Assembly (NCBI GenBank): GCA_043825875.1
Contig: JBDRRF010000054.1
Location: 1-38,907 of the forward strand
Direction of reading: 5' to 3'
Origin: Pseudomonadota bacterium
GTDB taxonomy: Bacteria; Desulfobacterota; Desulfobacteria; Desulfobacterales; RPRI01
Length of the DNA stretch: 38,907 nt
The position numbers and the translations under genes are program-made. The notes beneath the pieces were generated by a model, which ran no database searches, was not told the DNA's origin, and saw nothing but the letters and a program-made list of their open reading frames with translations. How positions within the stretch are numbered: position 1 is the first letter of the stretch; every line of letters begins with the position of its first letter. This document shows positions 38,312 to 38,907 of this stretch, one piece after another.

Positions 38312-38731
38312 ATGATTCAAAAATTAAGGAACAAACAAGGTTTTACACTGATCGAACTTATGATTGTTATCGCAATTATCGGTATTCTGGCCGCAATTGC
38401 CATACCGAACTTTATTTCATACAGAAATAAAGCATACTGTAGTTACGCCGAAAGCGATGCCCAGAATGTTATGGCAGCAATTTCATGTTATTTTGCAGAA
38501 CCGGACCATATCACCCTTGGATCTGATGAACTGTCTACATTACAAAATGATAGTATCTGTAGGGTTACATTAAGCGGAGACAATTCAGGCGATGTTACTG
38601 AAGATGCCACTAATAGAGTCTTTACCATAGCAATTACGGATGGAAGCAACAGGTGCCCACGCTCAAATAATGCTAGTACTAAAATTTACACAACTTATAT
38701 GGGATCAAGCACAAAAGGTTTTTGGAATTAA
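38312..38731 (+). CDS. pilA: Type IVa major pilin
   Basis: Class III signal MIQKLRNKQG|FTLIELMIVIAIIGILAAIAIP, RBS AGGAG, with its own sigma54 promoter and terminator. Confidence 0.9.
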   Translation: MIQKLRNKQGFTLIELMIVIAIIGILAAIAIPNFISYRNKAYCSYAESDAQNVMAAISCYFAEPDHITLGSDELSTLQNDSICRVTLSGDNSGDVTEDATNRVFTIAITDGSNRCPRSNNASTKIYTTYMGSSTKGFWN

Positions 38732-38760
38732 TTTAACAAGACAGGATATTATATTGTAAC

Positions 38761-38790
38761 AAAAAAAGGGGGAATTATTCCCCCTTTTTT
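38761..38790 (+). terminator. Intrinsic terminator after the pilin gene
   Basis: AAAAAAAGGGGGAA-TTA-TTCCCCCTTTTTT hairpin with T-tail. Confidence 0.85.
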
Positions 38791-38907
38791 ATTTTACAAT
38801 TTTATAGTAATAAAATGCTATAAGCGTATATACACAAATTTAACTCATTAACCCATTAATTTCAAATTATGCCGAAAAGAAGTATATATATTAATAATTC
38901 AAGATAT

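Overview
AT-rich bacterial chromosome segment, by gene content probably from a sulfate-reducing Desulfobacterales-type organism (inference: plant-type DapB, HesB-like selenoprotein, GAF-ANTAR regulator, Geobacter-like pilin). Most of it is housekeeping: class I fumarase, aconitase A, pabA and fused pabBC, dapB, MurU-AmgK fusion, plsB, cmk, hisC and a Vor-type 2-oxoacid:ferredoxin oxidoreductase operon. Features absent from the ORF track: a UGA-recoded HesB/IscA-like selenoprotein with a SECIS-like hairpin (10471-10797); a 142-bp MITE-like palindromic element in 3 full copies and 1 partial copy, with 4-bp target duplications and a compensatory base-pair change; a second inverted-repeat element built from 8-mers; tRNA-Arg(CCT); a frameshifted VWA pseudogene next to a decayed transposase; and sigma54/sigma28 promoter motifs. 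Accessory proteins of interest are a soluble TPR-class III cyclase, an atypical LPS-kinase-like protein, a DUF3892-tailed orphan, a degenerate GGDEF protein with an intact I-site inside a VanZ/PrsT-like cluster, a signal-peptide Ni-SOD and a type IV pilin with e-pilin-like aromatics. All family calls come from reading motifs by eye; no database searches were run.
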